NCBI RefSeq assembly: GCF_006345805.1
Contig: NW_021828965.1
Coordinates: 1 to 7,302, forward strand
From: Octopus sinensis
Taxonomy: Eukaryota
Length of the DNA: 7,302 nucleotides
Direction: 5' to 3'
This document shows, in pieces, positions 6,881-7,302 of the stretch. Position 1 is the first letter of the stretch; every line of letters starts with the position of its first letter. The notes below the pieces were generated by a model. The model saw only the letters and a program-made list of their open reading frames with translations. It was not told where the DNA came from and ran no database searches. A program made the translations under genes and the position numbers.

Positions 6881-6976
6881 AAGGCTGTAGAAAACAAAAA
6901 TTCGCCAAGATACCGCGCTATAGAATCGACTGCATGGTCACGTGCTTACGAAAGTGATTTCTCGACCGTTCGGCCA
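6881..6976 (-). mobile_element. Very old, truncated head of the same tRNA-derived SINE class
   Basis: The minus strand reads TGGCCGAACGG (consensus A box, 6976-6966), then AAGCACGTGACCATGCAGTCGATTCTA (decayed B-box region), GCGCGGTATCTTGGCGAAT (compare GCGTGGCACCTTGGGCAAGT) and TTCTACAGCCTT (compare TGCTATAGCCTC). Order and spacing match the 5830-5925 segment. Confidence 0.45.
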
Positions 6977-6998
6977 TATACATTCGTACGTATGCAAA

Positions 6999-7170
6999 TG
7001 TGTGTGTTTATATGAAGATGTGTGTGTGTGTGTGTTGTGTGCGTGCGTGCGTGTGTTTGTGTGTGTGTTTGTGTGTGTGTGTGTGTTTGTGTTTGTGTGT
7101 GTTTGTGTGTGTGTGTTTGTGTTTGTGTGTGTGTGTTTGTGTTTCTCTGTGTGTGTGTGTGTGTGTGTGT
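6999..7170. repeat. Degenerate (TG)n microsatellite with recurring TGTT/TGCG variants
   Basis: About 170 bp of TG repeats with repeated GTGTTT interruptions. Confidence 0.93.
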
Positions 7171-7302
7171 AATGTATTATTGTGAATAAAACATACAGGA
7201 CACATCAGACGACATTTAATAATACAAGGTTTATGTTGTACAGTGATCGATATATCGAATTTCCAAGACGTGATCGATAGAATCAGAACAGGTAGGCCTT
7301 GT

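Noticed and set aside
6370-7205. ORFs with poly-Leu/Thr/Val/Ser/Asn or VC/HT runs
   Set aside because: They are direct translations of ATT, ACT/AGT and TG microsatellites.

Overview
AT-rich, microsatellite-dense eukaryotic non-coding DNA (intronic or intergenic) with no supportable intact protein-coding gene. The SINE sequence and the repeat load suggest an octopod cephalopod such as Octopus; this is inferred from recalled repeat families, not from a database search. The window is a mosaic of mobile-element fossils. (1) An internally deleted DD34D mariner on the minus strand (about 1550-2740) is interrupted by a ~450-bp TIR element with a 9-bp target-site duplication. That insert carries TTAGGG telomere-type repeats and a G-quadruplex motif. 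(2) Three copies of one tRNA-derived SINE family of different ages are present. (3) A heavily decayed LINE-type endonuclease fossil is likely at about 3960-4800. (4) A Helentron/DINE-like non-autonomous element starts at 5386. Also present are a perfect 130-bp tandem duplication bounded by (TAT)n arrays that contains an exon-like segment, and an (ACT)n/(AGT)n fold-back palindrome with mirrored interruptions. Most long ORFs in the supplied track are microsatellite artefacts. No clearly new biological system is demonstrated; the telomeric-repeat MITE, the fold-back and the duplicated exon-like unit are the best leads.
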